64,000 nt of DNA from Lentisphaeria bacterium UBA4640 (GCA_002405835.1 DHMO01000045.1:34062-98061); one strand, 5' to 3'. Counted from the stretch's first letter, positions 47,258 to 57,356 are shown. Numbers and translations are program-made. The notes: generated by a model from the letters alone, not told the origin.

Positions 47258-49974
47258 AACTTCTGAAAACTTTTTTATTCATCGGATCAGCCGTTTTCCT
47301 CTCCGCTTCGGAGAAGGATTTTCTGGAAAATCCTCCGTATGCGTACAACGGAATCTCCATCGGGCGAACCGCTGAAACGGAACGGACACCGGACGGGGAG
47401 GGCTCATTTGAAGTCCGTGTGCGCTACGGTTCCGCCGACCTCGCATGGCCCTCGCAGCTCCGCAATAACATTCCGGCGGAAAAAATCCGCGGAGCGGAGT
47501 GCGGAGAACTCGAATTCTGGGCGAAAGGACCTGCCGGACGCTCCATGCGGCTGGGGCTGAACTCAGAAGATTTTTCCGGCGATGAGACGATCCGCTATAC
47601 GGATACCGCAACCTTTCCGATGACCGGAAAATGGCAGAAAATCGTGTGGCGCTTCCGGATCTCGAAACCGGTGGTCGGACACTATGCGGATGTTCCCCGT
47701 TACGCCCTGCTGAATACGCAGGCCGGAGACAAATTCCTGCTCGGTCCGGTTTCCCTGAAAGTGCTTTCTCGGAAAGATTTTCCCGTTCCGCAGCCGGAAG
47801 TTCCGGCTGGGTGGCGCGCGCTTCCGGAGTCCGAACTCTATATAACGCCCGGTTCCGCGCTGGACTTCCGCCGGATCATCGACCGCCGTCCCGCCGGTTC
47901 GCTCGGCAGAGTGATTGTCAACCGCGCGGGAAAGCTGGCGTTTGAGAAAGAACCGGAAAAAGAGGTCCGCTTTTTCTCCGTGCAGGGCTTTCCCGATATG
48001 ATGACCAAGTCGCAACTGAAGGAGTATGCTGCCGCAGTTGCCCGCCAGGGATTCAATATGATCCGTCTGCATTTTCTCGACACTTATCTTAATTTCCAGA
48101 AAAAAGAGACTCCGTGGCTGAAAAAAGGCGTGAACAAGCCTGTGGACTTGCCGCAGGACGCTTCGGAAATCCATTTTTCCCCGATTGCTCTTGACCGTAT
48201 TTTCTATCTGATTGCATGTCTTAAAGCCGAGGGAGTTTATGTGAATCTTGATTTGCAGTGTTCTTTTTACGGATATCGCAACGGAACAGCTCCCTCCGGT
48301 TATCCGAAAGATGCGGAAAATGCCAAAATACAGATGTTCATCAGCGAAAAGTTCCGGAAAAATTATACGGCCGGAACGAAAAAACTGCTGAATACCGTCA
48401 ACCCTTACACAGGACTTGCTCTCAAGGATGATCCGGCCGTTGCGATGCTCTGCTTCTACAACGAACAGGATATTCTGCTTGACCACCGCAACTACGGGAA
48501 GGAGTTCCATCCCGCATATGTCAGATTCCTGAAAGACAAGTACGGCACGCCTGAAGCAATGAACAAGGCGTGGAAGACGAATTTCCCGTCATTCGAGTCG
48601 GTCCCGAAATTCGGCTCTCTGCCGCGCGGCGACCGTTCGGAGCAGACTGCCGCCATGACCGAATTCGCCGCGAAGATGCAGGCTGACATGGATGATTTCT
48701 ATCGTCGGGTCGTCGCGGAATGCGGCTGGCGCGGACTTTCTTCCAATTGGAACATGCGCCCGTATCTGTGTAGCGTTCCGGCACGTTCCAAGCTCGATCT
48801 TGTCATGCTGAACAGCTATCATGCGCATCCGGAATTCCGTGGAGGAGAAACGGTCGTTTCGCAGAGAAGCTCGCTCGTAAGCGGGGGAAATTCCTTCTCG
48901 CATTCGACGACGGTGCGTTTCCTCGACCGTCCGTTTGTCATCAGCGAATACGGGCACGTTTACTGGAATCGCTACCGTCATGAGGAGGGGCTTCTCTGGG
49001 GAGCGGGCGCGGCGTTTCAGGGATGGAGCGGATTGACGCCCCACGCGAACAACGTCGTGAAATACATGAAGAAACTCGAACCGTTCGCAGTCGGCGTCGA
49101 TCCGATCACCCGCGCGACGGAACAGATTGCGATGCTTGCGTTTCTGCGCGGCGACGTCAGGGAGGCTTCCACTGCGATTGAATACGAGATGAAACCGGAA
49201 TTTCTCTTTTCGTATCATCTCAACACCGGACTGAGCAGTGAGTATTATCAGCTCTGGCCGCTGGTGAAACTCGGCGTTTCGTTCGGAGGAAAACACAGAT
49301 CCATTGATCCAGTTCTGCGTCTCGCGCCATCCAGGACGGGGGCTGTCGGCGGCGGTTTGCTCTATACGGAAAATGAAACTTCCTCCAAACGCGATATTTC
49401 CGAAGCGATCGTTGCCGATTTGCGTCGCAAGGGTGTTTTGAATGCATTGAACCGTACCGATGTTTCGCGTGGACGCTTTGAGAGCTGCACGGGAGAAATT
49501 TTCCTGACGAAGGAGCATGGGGGTGAGATGACGGTCTCAACGCCGCGGCTGTGCGGAATCGTGAAGAAGACCGACTGCGTCGGGAAAGCCGGCGCGCTGA
49601 CTGTTCTGAAAAATTCGGTCCCCGTTGCGGTTGCGGCGGCATCGCTGGATGAGCGTGCGCTTCCGGAAAGCCGGAGGATTCTGCTTTTTGCGCTCACCGA
49701 TGCACGCAGCAGCAACATGAAATTCCTTGACAGGGAGGAGACGCGGATCAAGTATGCCGCAAAAGGTTCGCTTCCGGTTCTGATTAAAACGGGCGTCTTC
49801 AAAATCGCGCTTGACCGCTCCGGAGGAAAAATGAAGTGCTATGCGCTGGATCTCTCCGGAAAACGTGTCGGAGAAATCCCGGTGAAACAGGAGCCTGAAC
49901 GGCTGGTTTTGGAGTTTGATACCGCAAAGACGCCGATTCCCGCGACCTCGTATGAACTTGTTGCCGCAGATTAA
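47254..49974 (+). CDS. Large exported clan GH-A-like glycoside hydrolase candidate with an N-terminal beta-sandwich (CBM-like) domain
   Basis: 906 aa with a signal peptide ([19 protein letters not shown]). TIM-barrel-like motifs are [19 protein letters not shown] (candidate acid/base NE) and FVISEYGH (candidate nucleophile). The start overlaps the pseudopilin stop (ATGA). Confidence 0.55.
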   Translation: MKLLKTFLFIGSAVFLSASEKDFLENPPYAYNGISIGRTAETERTPDGEGSFEVRVRYGSADLAWPSQLRNNIPAEKIRGAECGELEFWAKGPAGRSMRLGLNSEDFSGDETIRYTDTATFPMTGKWQKIVWRFRISKPVVGHYADVPRYALLNTQAGDKFLLGPVSLKVLSRKDFPVPQPEVPAGWRALPESELYITPGSALDFRRIIDRRPAGSLGRVIVNRAGKLAFEKEPEKEVRFFSVQGFPDMMTKSQLKEYAAAVARQGFNMIRLHFLDTYLNFQKKETPWLKKGVNKPVDLPQDASEIHFSPIALDRIFYLIACLKAEGVYVNLDLQCSFYGYRNGTAPSGYPKDAENAKIQMFISEKFRKNYTAGTKKLLNTVNPYTGLALKDDPAVAMLCFYNEQDILLDHRNYGKEFHPAYVRFLKDKYGTPEAMNKAWKTNFPSFESVPKFGSLPRGDRSEQTAAMTEFAAKMQADMDDFYRRVVAECGWRGLSSNWNMRPYLCSVPARSKLDLVMLNSYHAHPEFRGGETVVSQRSSLVSGGNSFSHSTTVRFLDRPFVISEYGHVYWNRYRHEEGLLWGAGAAFQGWSGLTPHANNVVKYMKKLEPFAVGVDPITRATEQIAMLAFLRGDVREASTAIEYEMKPEFLFSYHLNTGLSSEYYQLWPLVKLGVSFGGKHRSIDPVLRLAPSRTGAVGGGLLYTENETSSKRDISEAIVADLRRKGVLNALNRTDVSRGRFESCTGEIFLTKEHGGEMTVSTPRLCGIVKKTDCVGKAGALTVLKNSVPVAVAAASLDERALPESRRILLFALTDARSSNMKFLDREETRIKYAAKGSLPVLIKTGVFKIALDRSGGKMKCYALDLSGKRVGEIPVKQEPERLVLEFDTAKTPIPATSYELVAAD

Positions 49975-50840
49975 CCCCGCCTTTTGAGTGCGCTTGGCGG
50001 ATATCCGTAGAATTTGCGGAATTCTGTGGAAAAATTGAGCGCATTCTCATAGCCGGCTGCCGCCGCGGTCTCCTTGACGGAGAGCGCATTCAGACGCAGC
50101 ATCTCTTCCGCCGCCCGCATCCGCTGTTCGCGGATGTAGCGATGCGGCGGCATTTTCAGGTATTCGCGGAACAGACGGTTCATGGCGCTCAGACTCATTC
50201 CGGCTTCTTTGGCGAGCGCGTTGAGGGGGAGCGGTTTGTCAAGATTGCCGCGGATTTTCCGCTGAATTTCCGCAAGATCCGGCGGAATTCCGGTTTCCGG
50301 TGCGGGCTGAAGCAGTTCATCAAGCAGACTGTAGCACTCCACCGCGATTTCGCGTGCACTCCGTTTTGCTCTGCCGCAGAGGGAGAGAATCCGCTTTTCC
50401 CAAATTCTCCGTGGATCGGATCTGAGGTAGATTCCGCCGCACTGTGCCGCGATGCCTTCCAGCATTCCTCCGCAGAGAATGATTCCGGAGCGTTCGCCTG
50501 CGGTTTCTGTTCCGAATTCGCTGTCCGAATGCGGGGGAATGAGGACAAGATCGCCGGGCTCCGTCCGCCACGATTCATCATTGATGCGCAGCAGAGTTGT
50601 TCCGGAGTGGATGTACATGATGGTCAGGAATGCCGGATTGATCCGTCTGTGCCAGTCGCCGGGAAGGGAGCGGGTCCGGCAGGCAAGAGAGCAGGAGAGG
50701 AAAAAGCCGTGTTCCGCAGGGAAGGCGGCAAGGCTCAGGAATTCCCGGCGGATCACAGTGCTGAACCGTTCGTTTTCCGTTTCCCTGTATGTTTTCGCCT
50801 CGCGCGGCGCCTGCCGGTAAGGTTGAAGCAGTTTCTGCAT
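49971..50840 (-). CDS. AraC-family transcriptional regulator
   Basis: It has a cupin-like N-terminus and a C-terminal double HTH (LNALAKEAGMSLSAMNRLFREY...AGYENALNFSTEFRKFYGYPPS). Confidence 0.85.
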   Translation of the reverse strand: MQKLLQPYRQAPREAKTYRETENERFSTVIRREFLSLAAFPAEHGFFLSCSLACRTRSLPGDWHRRINPAFLTIMYIHSGTTLLRINDESWRTEPGDLVLIPPHSDSEFGTETAGERSGIILCGGMLEGIAAQCGGIYLRSDPRRIWEKRILSLCGRAKRSAREIAVECYSLLDELLQPAPETGIPPDLAEIQRKIRGNLDKPLPLNALAKEAGMSLSAMNRLFREYLKMPPHRYIREQRMRAAEEMLRLNALSVKETAAAAGYENALNFSTEFRKFYGYPPSALKRRG

Positions 50841-50896
50841 GACAGATTTCCAAATATTTTTTCTTGCTGAGCAAATATAATATAGAACAGGAAAGG

Positions 50897-50925
50897 TTGA
50901 AATTCAAATGTTTTTTGTCTATATT
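50897..50925 (+). promoter_or_regulatory. Candidate sigma70-type promoter of the 50948 gene
   Basis: The promoter reads TTGAAA - 17 nt - TATATT and lies 22 nt upstream of the ATG 50948. Confidence 0.5.
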
Positions 50926-50947
50926 TTCAGAAAACAGGAGATTCCGC

Positions 50948-52894
50948 ATGAACAAACCGAATCCGAAACGTCCTCTCATGATCATCCGTTTCCGCATCGG
51001 GCAGGAGCAGCCTGCCGTCTGGGAACGCACCCTCCGAATTCTCAAAGAGAACCGCGCGGCCTGTGATGAAGTCTGGTTTTCGACCGGGCTAGGCACGCCG
51101 CCGTTCGAACATCACCGCGAACTTTCGCGTCTGATGGCGGAACACGCCGCCGAACTTCGTGAACTCGGCATCATTCCCAGCCTTCAGATTCAATCCACGA
51201 TCGGGCACGGCGACGGCATTACGGGGGCGGTCGACAACTCCGCACGCACATGGGGCGGCTTCACCGGGCCGGACGGAACTGAATGTCGCTATTGCAGCTG
51301 TCCGCGTCAGCCGGAGTTTCTGCGCTATTATGGGGAAGTCGCGCGCATCTATGCCGCATGGCATCCCGGTTCGGTCTGGATCGACGATGATTTGCGCCTA
51401 AACAATCACTCTCCGGTCGGTGTTTCCAACGGCTGTTACTGTCCGGTTTGTCTTGCCGCATTTTCCCGGGAAGAGGGTTGCTGTTGGACACGAGAAGCGC
51501 TGGTGGAAGCGATGAGACACGACGATGCTCTTCGTCTCCGCTGGCTTGCATTCGGCGGACGCTCTCTCGGAGAAGCTGCTGCGGTGATTGTCCGCGGGTT
51601 TCAAACGGTTTCGCCGGAAACGCGGTTCGGTCTTCAGCATTGCGGAGATCCGGAACGCAACGCCGTGTTTGATGCTCTTATAGAAGAGAGCGGAATGCGG
51701 ACTGCATCGCGTCCGGGAGGCGGAGCTTACAGCGACCACGATCCGTATGTCTTTCTGACGAAAGGTTTTGCCATGTCTCACCAGATGTCGCGGCAGCCCG
51801 GCTATGAGACGCTGGATCAGATTTGCCCTGAAATCGAATCATGTCCGCGGGTCTTCTGCTGCAAGACTCCGCAGGGACACCGCATTGAATCAATGCTTTA
51901 CCTGGCGCTCGGAATGGACAGTCTCTCATATTTCATCATGGATCCGCTTTACGAGACGCCGGAGTGGTACGGGCATGAGCTTCTGGCTCCGCTCGCGGCG
52001 GAGGCGCCGTGTTACCGGGACTTTATCGCGCATAATGCCGGAACAATGCCGGGCGGACTCGGTCTTGCCGGCTCGTGGTGGCATGTCGACAAAAACGGGC
52101 TTCCGGTGGTCGGCATTTCCTGTGCTGCGCATTCGCCGTTTGCAAAAGGACGCATGATTGCGAAACCGGATGTGGATTCGCTTGATGATCAAGCTCTTGC
52201 ATCGGTTCTTTCGGGAGACATTATCCTGGACGGCGGAGCTGTGGAGGCGATCGGAAAGCGCGGAATGAGCGACCGGATCGCGGGGCTTCGTGCATTCCCC
52301 GTTCCGGAACATGTCTTTGAATTCTATACGGACGATCCGCTGAACGAGGGCTTCGTTGGAAACGGACACTATCCGCTGACGGCGGACCGGATGAAATTTG
52401 AGCTGCCCGAAGAAACCTCCGTCCGGGTTGTCGGCGAATACCGCGACTACGGCGGAAAGAGATTCGGAGCTGCATCGCTCCTGCTGGAGCGTCCGGACGG
52501 TTCACGGATTGCTGCGCTCGGCTATTCCGGTTTCTACACACGCTATATTTCTTCCGCGCGCGTCCGTTTCCTGATGCGCATTGCCGACTGGGTGACGCAC
52601 GGCACGCTTCCCGCTGTGCCGGAAGAACCGGCGCAACTCCTTCTTGTTCCGAGAGTTACGGCGGAGGGAGAACTGCGGAGTGTGACCGTTCTGAACACTG
52701 TGATCGGATCTCAGAAGCCTTTCGTTCTGCGTCTGCGCGGAGTGGCGGACGGCGTGACGGGAGCGGAATGGTGTGTGCCGTCTCATGCGCGTCTCATGGT
52801 TGAATTGCGGCGCACGGGGAACGAAGTTCTGGTTTCGCTTCCGGAGATCGCCGCGTGGGATACCGGATGGATTAAACTGCTTACAGATAAATGA
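50948..52894 (+). CDS. GH42-like protein (divergent), cytoplasmic
   Basis: 648 aa from ATG 50948 (after ACAGGAG). YCSCP...WIDDD...CYCPVCLAAF is colinear with the GH42 segment YCFSSP...QTDNEYG...CYCPRCQEAF, which contains the Cys4 Zn site. FIMDP aligns with the nucleophile motif WVMEQ. Confidence 0.45.
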   Translation: MNKPNPKRPLMIIRFRIGQEQPAVWERTLRILKENRAACDEVWFSTGLGTPPFEHHRELSRLMAEHAAELRELGIIPSLQIQSTIGHGDGITGAVDNSARTWGGFTGPDGTECRYCSCPRQPEFLRYYGEVARIYAAWHPGSVWIDDDLRLNNHSPVGVSNGCYCPVCLAAFSREEGCCWTREALVEAMRHDDALRLRWLAFGGRSLGEAAAVIVRGFQTVSPETRFGLQHCGDPERNAVFDALIEESGMRTASRPGGGAYSDHDPYVFLTKGFAMSHQMSRQPGYETLDQICPEIESCPRVFCCKTPQGHRIESMLYLALGMDSLSYFIMDPLYETPEWYGHELLAPLAAEAPCYRDFIAHNAGTMPGGLGLAGSWWHVDKNGLPVVGISCAAHSPFAKGRMIAKPDVDSLDDQALASVLSGDIILDGGAVEAIGKRGMSDRIAGLRAFPVPEHVFEFYTDDPLNEGFVGNGHYPLTADRMKFELPEETSVRVVGEYRDYGGKRFGAASLLLERPDGSRIAALGYSGFYTRYISSARVRFLMRIADWVTHGTLPAVPEEPAQLLLVPRVTAEGELRSVTVLNTVIGSQKPFVLRLRGVADGVTGAEWCVPSHARLMVELRRTGNEVLVSLPEIAAWDTGWIKLLTDK

Positions 52895-53162
52895 CGGTTA
52901 CTCCGTCGAATCCGGGTGCGCCGATGTCCTCGCCGAAAAAATAGTCGCGGCAGGCGAGTGTGCCGCGTGAAAGTGCGCCGCGGACGCGGGCGCGCAGGAC
53001 TCCGGAGCCGTTGCCGTGAATCACGAGCAGGCTCTTTCCGGTTCCCGCGTGTCCGTTGATGAAACTGCGGACGAGACTCATCGCCTCGTCCGCGAACATT
53101 CCATGCAGGTCAAGCGTGAAATCATAGAGGTCGGATTGCCTCGGACGCTGACGTTTTGCCAT
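52881..53162 (-). CDS. Stand-alone Smr-domain protein
   Basis: 93 aa. LDLHGM...A...LLVIHGNGSGVLR is the Smr signature. Confidence 0.75.
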   Translation of the reverse strand: MAKRQRPRQSDLYDFTLDLHGMFADEAMSLVRSFINGHAGTGKSLLVIHGNGSGVLRARVRGALSRGTLACRDYFFGEDIGAPGFDGVTVIYL

Positions 53163-54196
53163 TATTCTTTCCAGTAGATCGCAAGCGGACGCTTGAATGT
53201 GAGAACGTGTCCATCGGGCGTGAGCTTTCCTGTTTCGGCGTTGTAGTCGAAAAAGAAAACGGTATCGGAGAATTCGTTTGCCGCGGCGAACTTCTTCATT
53301 CCGGGCAGGAAATTGATGTCGCGCGGAGAGCTTCCGCCGGTGAGGACAAGATCATGCGGTTTGATTCCACCTTTGCCGTCGAGTTCGAAAACAGCAATGG
53401 AGTCGTACCCGCGGTTGGAGGCGAAGAGAAAGCGTTCATCTTCGGAGAGACGGATTGCGGCGGCTTTCGTGGTTCCCTCGAAGTCGGCGGGGAGGGTGGA
53501 GACCGTGTTCAGCGCCTCGAACTTGCCGTCAGCGTAGGCGAGGGAGGTGACGAGGTTGCCGAGCTCGTGGACGAGGTACGCGATTTTTCCGGAGCGGTCG
53601 AAAACCAGATGGCGGGGACCGGTTCCTGCGGCGATATGGGTGGTGATTGCCTTGTCCTCGTCAATGCCCTTGACCGGATCGAAGGGGTAGAGACGGATTG
53701 CATCGATGCCGAGGTCGATGACGATCAGGTACTTGCCGTCGGGCGTGATGTTTGTGAAGTGTGTGTGCGGACCGTCCTGACGCGGTTTGTTCGGACCGTC
53801 GCCGGTGTGCTGGATGTTGCGCAGACGTTCACGGATAGAGCCGTCCTCATTCAGGGTGAAGACTGCAACGGAGCCGGAAAGATAGTTCGCGCAGAAAAGA
53901 AATTTTCCGGAGGGATCGGCAATGACGTAACAGCCGGCCTTGCCTTCGGCGGACATGCGGTTGAGTTCGGAGAGGGAACCGTCGGCATTGACTTTGAACG
54001 CCGCAACGCCGGAGGAGTCTCCGACCGTGCAGGTGGAATAGAGAAACTTGCGGTCTGCGGAGTATTCGATCCAGTTCGCGTTTTCAATCCGGTTGAATCC
54101 GAGCTGCTCGAATTTCCCGTTATCCTTGCGTTCATAGCGGTAGATTCCGCCATCTTCCGAAGGTGCGCAGGCGACAATGTAGAACATGTTATTCAT
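53162..54196 (-). CDS. Lactonase, 7-bladed beta-propeller (6-phosphogluconolactonase/YbhE family)
   Basis: The start is at MNNMFYIV (AAGGA lies 7 nt upstream). It has repeated propeller blades and motifs such as GTGPRHLVF and NRGYDSIAVF. Confidence 0.8.
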   Translation of the reverse strand: MNNMFYIVACAPSEDGGIYRYERKDNGKFEQLGFNRIENANWIEYSADRKFLYSTCTVGDSSGVAAFKVNADGSLSELNRMSAEGKAGCYVIADPSGKFLFCANYLSGSVAVFTLNEDGSIRERLRNIQHTGDGPNKPRQDGPHTHFTNITPDGKYLIVIDLGIDAIRLYPFDPVKGIDEDKAITTHIAAGTGPRHLVFDRSGKIAYLVHELGNLVTSLAYADGKFEALNTVSTLPADFEGTTKAAAIRLSEDERFLFASNRGYDSIAVFELDGKGGIKPHDLVLTGGSSPRDINFLPGMKKFAAANEFSDTVFFFDYNAETGKLTPDGHVLTFKRPLAIYWKE

Positions 54197-54268
54197 TTGC
54201 AAATCCTTTTGTTGATAGGTAACTATACCACAAAATGCGGAATTTGCGAAACGGGAAAGCAAGTTTTT

Positions 54269-54895
54269 TCAAATTTTGTTTGAATTCGTCATCAGCCCGC
54301 CGTCCTTGATGCGCCAGAGGTAGAGCGAGGCGAGCGTTCCATATGGAGAGCAGCGTTTGCGGAACGCTTCAAAACGGCGTTCGGAAAGAGTCTTCCAGCC
54401 GTTCATCTGAAGAATGCCGTTGCGGATTCCCAGGTCTTTGAAACTGAGAACGTCACGTCTTCCGAGCGAGAAAATCAGCAGCATTTCCGCAGTCCAGGTT
54501 CCGACTCCGCGCAGGGAGGAAAGTTCGGCGATGACCTCTGCATTGGATTTTTCAGAAAGCCGATTGAAATCGACTGTTCCGGAAAGCGCGGCGTCCGTGA
54601 TTCCGCGCAGATATTCGATTTTGCGTCCGGAGAGCCCGCAGGCGCGGAGCGCGGCGTCATCAACCCGGCTCAGATTTTCCGGTGTGACGGTTCCGAGCAG
54701 AGCTTCGAAACGCCCGAAGACCGCGGCGGCCGCGCGGACAGCTAGCTGCTGGTGTACAATGCTTTGCGCCAGAGCGTGAAAAGGGTTGTCAATGCAGTCC
54801 GTTTCCGGGAGTCCGGTTTTTTCCGCGATTTCCGTAAAGGCCGGAACCTGGCGGCAGAGCGCGAGTTTGTCGGATTCCTGAAAGCGGAGTTTCAT
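54269..54895 (-). CDS. DNA-3-methyladenine glycosylase II family (HhH-GPD)
   Basis: 208 aa. It has an HhH motif (LSSLRGVGTWTAEMLLIF) followed by RRDVLSFKDLGIRNG. Confidence 0.8.
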   Translation of the reverse strand: MKLRFQESDKLALCRQVPAFTEIAEKTGLPETDCIDNPFHALAQSIVHQQLAVRAAAAVFGRFEALLGTVTPENLSRVDDAALRACGLSGRKIEYLRGITDAALSGTVDFNRLSEKSNAEVIAELSSLRGVGTWTAEMLLIFSLGRRDVLSFKDLGIRNGILQMNGWKTLSERRFEAFRKRCSPYGTLASLYLWRIKDGGLMTNSNKI

Positions 54896-54898
54896 GGT

Positions 54899-55627
54899 TT
54901 ACTGCACCTTGAATTCGAGAGTGACAACCGCCTTGACTTCCTTCATGACGGTGGTTTTGTCATAGGTTCCGTAGTCGGAAATGTCGCTTCCGCCCGGGGC
55001 GAGGACCTGGAAAATTCCCTGCGATGCGGAGAGAAGCGAACCGACTTTTCCGCCGGTGTTGCCGGCGAGAATTTTTGCGCGTTCATAGCCGTTCTTCGTC
55101 GCTTCCTGAAGCAGTTCCATCTTGTAGGAATCAAGGTTTGTGACGATGAAGTTCGGCGTGCTGGAGCGGAGGTAGATTCCCTGCCGCAGGAGACTGGTTG
55201 CGTTGCGGGAGAGCGCGTCGAGCAGATCGACTTTCGAGGAGGAAATCTGGAACGACTGAGTGAGTGTGTAGCTGAGAACCGCGTCGGTTGCAACGCCCTT
55301 GTCGTTGCGGCGGAAGTTGATTTCCCGGTCAATGCTGTCCCAGCGGACATCCGATTCCTGGAATCCGGCGTTTTTGAAGTACTGCATGACGATCTGCCTG
55401 TGCTGATTGAGGCGTGTGTAAGCCTGCGGCGTGGAAATGTCGGTGACGGTGATTGAGCCGTACCATGTTCCGAAATCGGAGCGGACATTTTTGACTGCGG
55501 ATCCCTTGACGCGGATCATGTCTTTCTTTGTGACTTTGACTGCCGCGTTTGCGATGATGGATGCTGACAGTGCGAGTCCGAACGCCAGTGTGGCGCCCAG
55601 CAGAAACATTGCGATGCTTTTTTTCAT
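54899..55627 (-). CDS. SIMPL/DUF541-like periplasmic protein
   Basis: It has a signal peptide. The size (242 aa) and the alternating alpha/beta pattern resemble the SIMPL family. This is called by eye only. Confidence 0.5.
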   Translation of the reverse strand: MKKSIAMFLLGATLAFGLALSASIIANAAVKVTKKDMIRVKGSAVKNVRSDFGTWYGSITVTDISTPQAYTRLNQHRQIVMQYFKNAGFQESDVRWDSIDREINFRRNDKGVATDAVLSYTLTQSFQISSSKVDLLDALSRNATSLLRQGIYLRSSTPNFIVTNLDSYKMELLQEATKNGYERAKILAGNTGGKVGSLLSASQGIFQVLAPGGSDISDYGTYDKTTVMKEVKAVVTLEFKVQ

Positions 55628-55714
55628 GTTTTATCTCCCCTTGTTGAAATGATAAGGTATCCTAATGTCTGTTTCAGAAAAATCAAGGGGGGAAAATAAA
55701 TTTTTCGATAAAAA

Positions 55715-55753
55715 TTTTCCGTGCCGGAAAAGGGGAGTTTCCGGCACGGAAAA
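55715..55753 (-). terminator. Rho-independent terminator after the arabinose-isomerase-like gene
   Basis: A 16-bp perfect stem, TTTTCCGTGCCGGAAA / TTTCCGGCACGGAAAA, is followed by a T-run on the minus strand. Confidence 0.8.
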
Positions 55754-55759
55754 CAGCGG

Positions 55760-57220
55760 TTATTTCGCCGGAATGACAACGCATTCCACGCCAAAGGTTT
55801 TCGCGACTTTGGCGATGGTTTCCGCATGGTGTCCGATACCGAGAGCGAAGTGGTGAGTCGGTCCTTCCATGCACCAGCGGGAGAGGAAGGTGCGGACGTC
55901 CGGCAGGAACTTGCCGTGGGTGTTTGTATTTCCGGTCGGCGGGATCGGAGCCGAGACGGATTCGCCTTCCGCAACCACGAATTTGAACTTGCCGTCCGCT
56001 TTCACGCCGATGCTGAGCATGGTGATGGGACCGGTCTTGATGTTGAATTCCACGCCCGCGCCGCTGCCCGGCTTGCCGTGGTATTTCTTGAGACTGCGCA
56101 GAACCGGCTTGCGGTCGGCGATGTTCAGATGGTGCGGACCGTCGTGCCCGACCAGAACGGTGTCGCGGTTGAAGTCGATCGGGTGAAACTCCGCAAAACT
56201 TCCGCCGATTTCCAGACGGTCCATGATGAGCATGGCGATGCAGGTTTTGATGTCGAATTCTCCGCACATCGGGAACCCGGCTCCGGTGAGCAGCGAGTTG
56301 CCGACGATGAAGTTGGTGACGAGCTTGCGCATTTCGGTTCCAGCCGCCGCTTCGTAGTAGTAGGCGAAGCCGTCAAGTTTCTTTTTCGCAATGAAGCGTT
56401 CGAGCGCGACGGCGGCGCGGGAAGCTGTCAGCAGGTCGGCGTCGGTGAGTTTGGTCGTGACGGGGTCGGAGACCGGATCGGGCGTATCGAAGAATTCGAG
56501 AATGCGCGCGGACATCTCCTTGACGGCGGGATCATCGGCTGTGAGCGGCGCAAATTCCGCCATGATCTCATCCGGCTCGCACTGGACGACATGGCAGCCG
56601 AAGGAGGAGGTGACCGCCGTCGGGTCGGTCTGCATATCAAGCATGGCTTCGAGGACGTGTCCCATGTGACCGAGACGCGCCTTGCGGAGGTCGTGGCGGA
56701 CGTGGGCGATGCGGCACCATTCTGCGAGCGAGGCGTCGGCTTTTTCATCCCCTTCAAGCATTCCGAGGATCACTTCCGCGACGGGCTTGCCCATGCGGAC
56801 CGCAACGCCGGTGAATTCCGGAACGGAACAGAGGTCGTCGTTGCAGAGCTGCATGAATGTTGTGGCGTGTTCGTAGTCCATTGCGCTGCGCGGCTGGAGA
56901 GCGACGAGGACGACGGGGCACTGCATTTCGCGGACGATTGCGCCGAAAGTCGCGCTGGTTCCGTAGGTGACCATGTCGACGAAGAGCACATCGAGGTCGG
57001 CGGCTTTGAGTTTCGGAAGCGCTTCATAGGCCCGCTGTGCGTTGTCCGCCATTCCGAAGTCGGTGACATTGACCGAGTTGGCTTTCAGCTTTTCGACGAG
57101 CACAGCCGTTTTTCTGTTCATTTCCTCGAGCAGTCCGGGGAACTGTCCCCAGTAGGTGTCGAGCCCGACGGAGAGCACTCCGACGTTTGCGTTCAGAGGT
57201 TTTCTGCGTTCAATTTTCAT
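55760..57220 (-). CDS. L-arabinose/L-fucose isomerase-family sugar isomerase
   Basis: 486 aa. Its N-terminal alpha/beta domain layout (VGVLSVGLDTYWGQFPGL...VLFVDMVTYG) resembles AraA-family isomerases. Confidence 0.75.
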   Translation of the reverse strand: MKIERRKPLNANVGVLSVGLDTYWGQFPGLLEEMNRKTAVLVEKLKANSVNVTDFGMADNAQRAYEALPKLKAADLDVLFVDMVTYGTSATFGAIVREMQCPVVLVALQPRSAMDYEHATTFMQLCNDDLCSVPEFTGVAVRMGKPVAEVILGMLEGDEKADASLAEWCRIAHVRHDLRKARLGHMGHVLEAMLDMQTDPTAVTSSFGCHVVQCEPDEIMAEFAPLTADDPAVKEMSARILEFFDTPDPVSDPVTTKLTDADLLTASRAAVALERFIAKKKLDGFAYYYEAAAGTEMRKLVTNFIVGNSLLTGAGFPMCGEFDIKTCIAMLIMDRLEIGGSFAEFHPIDFNRDTVLVGHDGPHHLNIADRKPVLRSLKKYHGKPGSGAGVEFNIKTGPITMLSIGVKADGKFKFVVAEGESVSAPIPPTGNTNTHGKFLPDVRTFLSRWCMEGPTHHFALGIGHHAETIAKVAKTFGVECVVIPAK

Positions 57221-57288
57221 GATAAATGCTCCTTGTTAGGTTGTTGTCCTTTTCCGGAGCATAATATACATGCGCTTTTCCGGGAGCG

Positions 57289-57345
57289 TTTGGACAATCG
57301 TCGGCTTTGGCGAAAAAGAGCCGGAAAATCTTCATATTGTCCAAA
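57289..57345. promoter_or_regulatory. Nested inverted repeat in the intercistronic gap
   Basis: The outer arms, TTTGGACAAT (57289-57298) / ATTGTCCAAA (57336-57345), are perfect 10-bp repeats. They enclose an inner 7-bp stem, CGGCTTT / AAGAGCCG. Confidence 0.35.
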
Positions 57346-57356
57346 TAAAACGCGTT

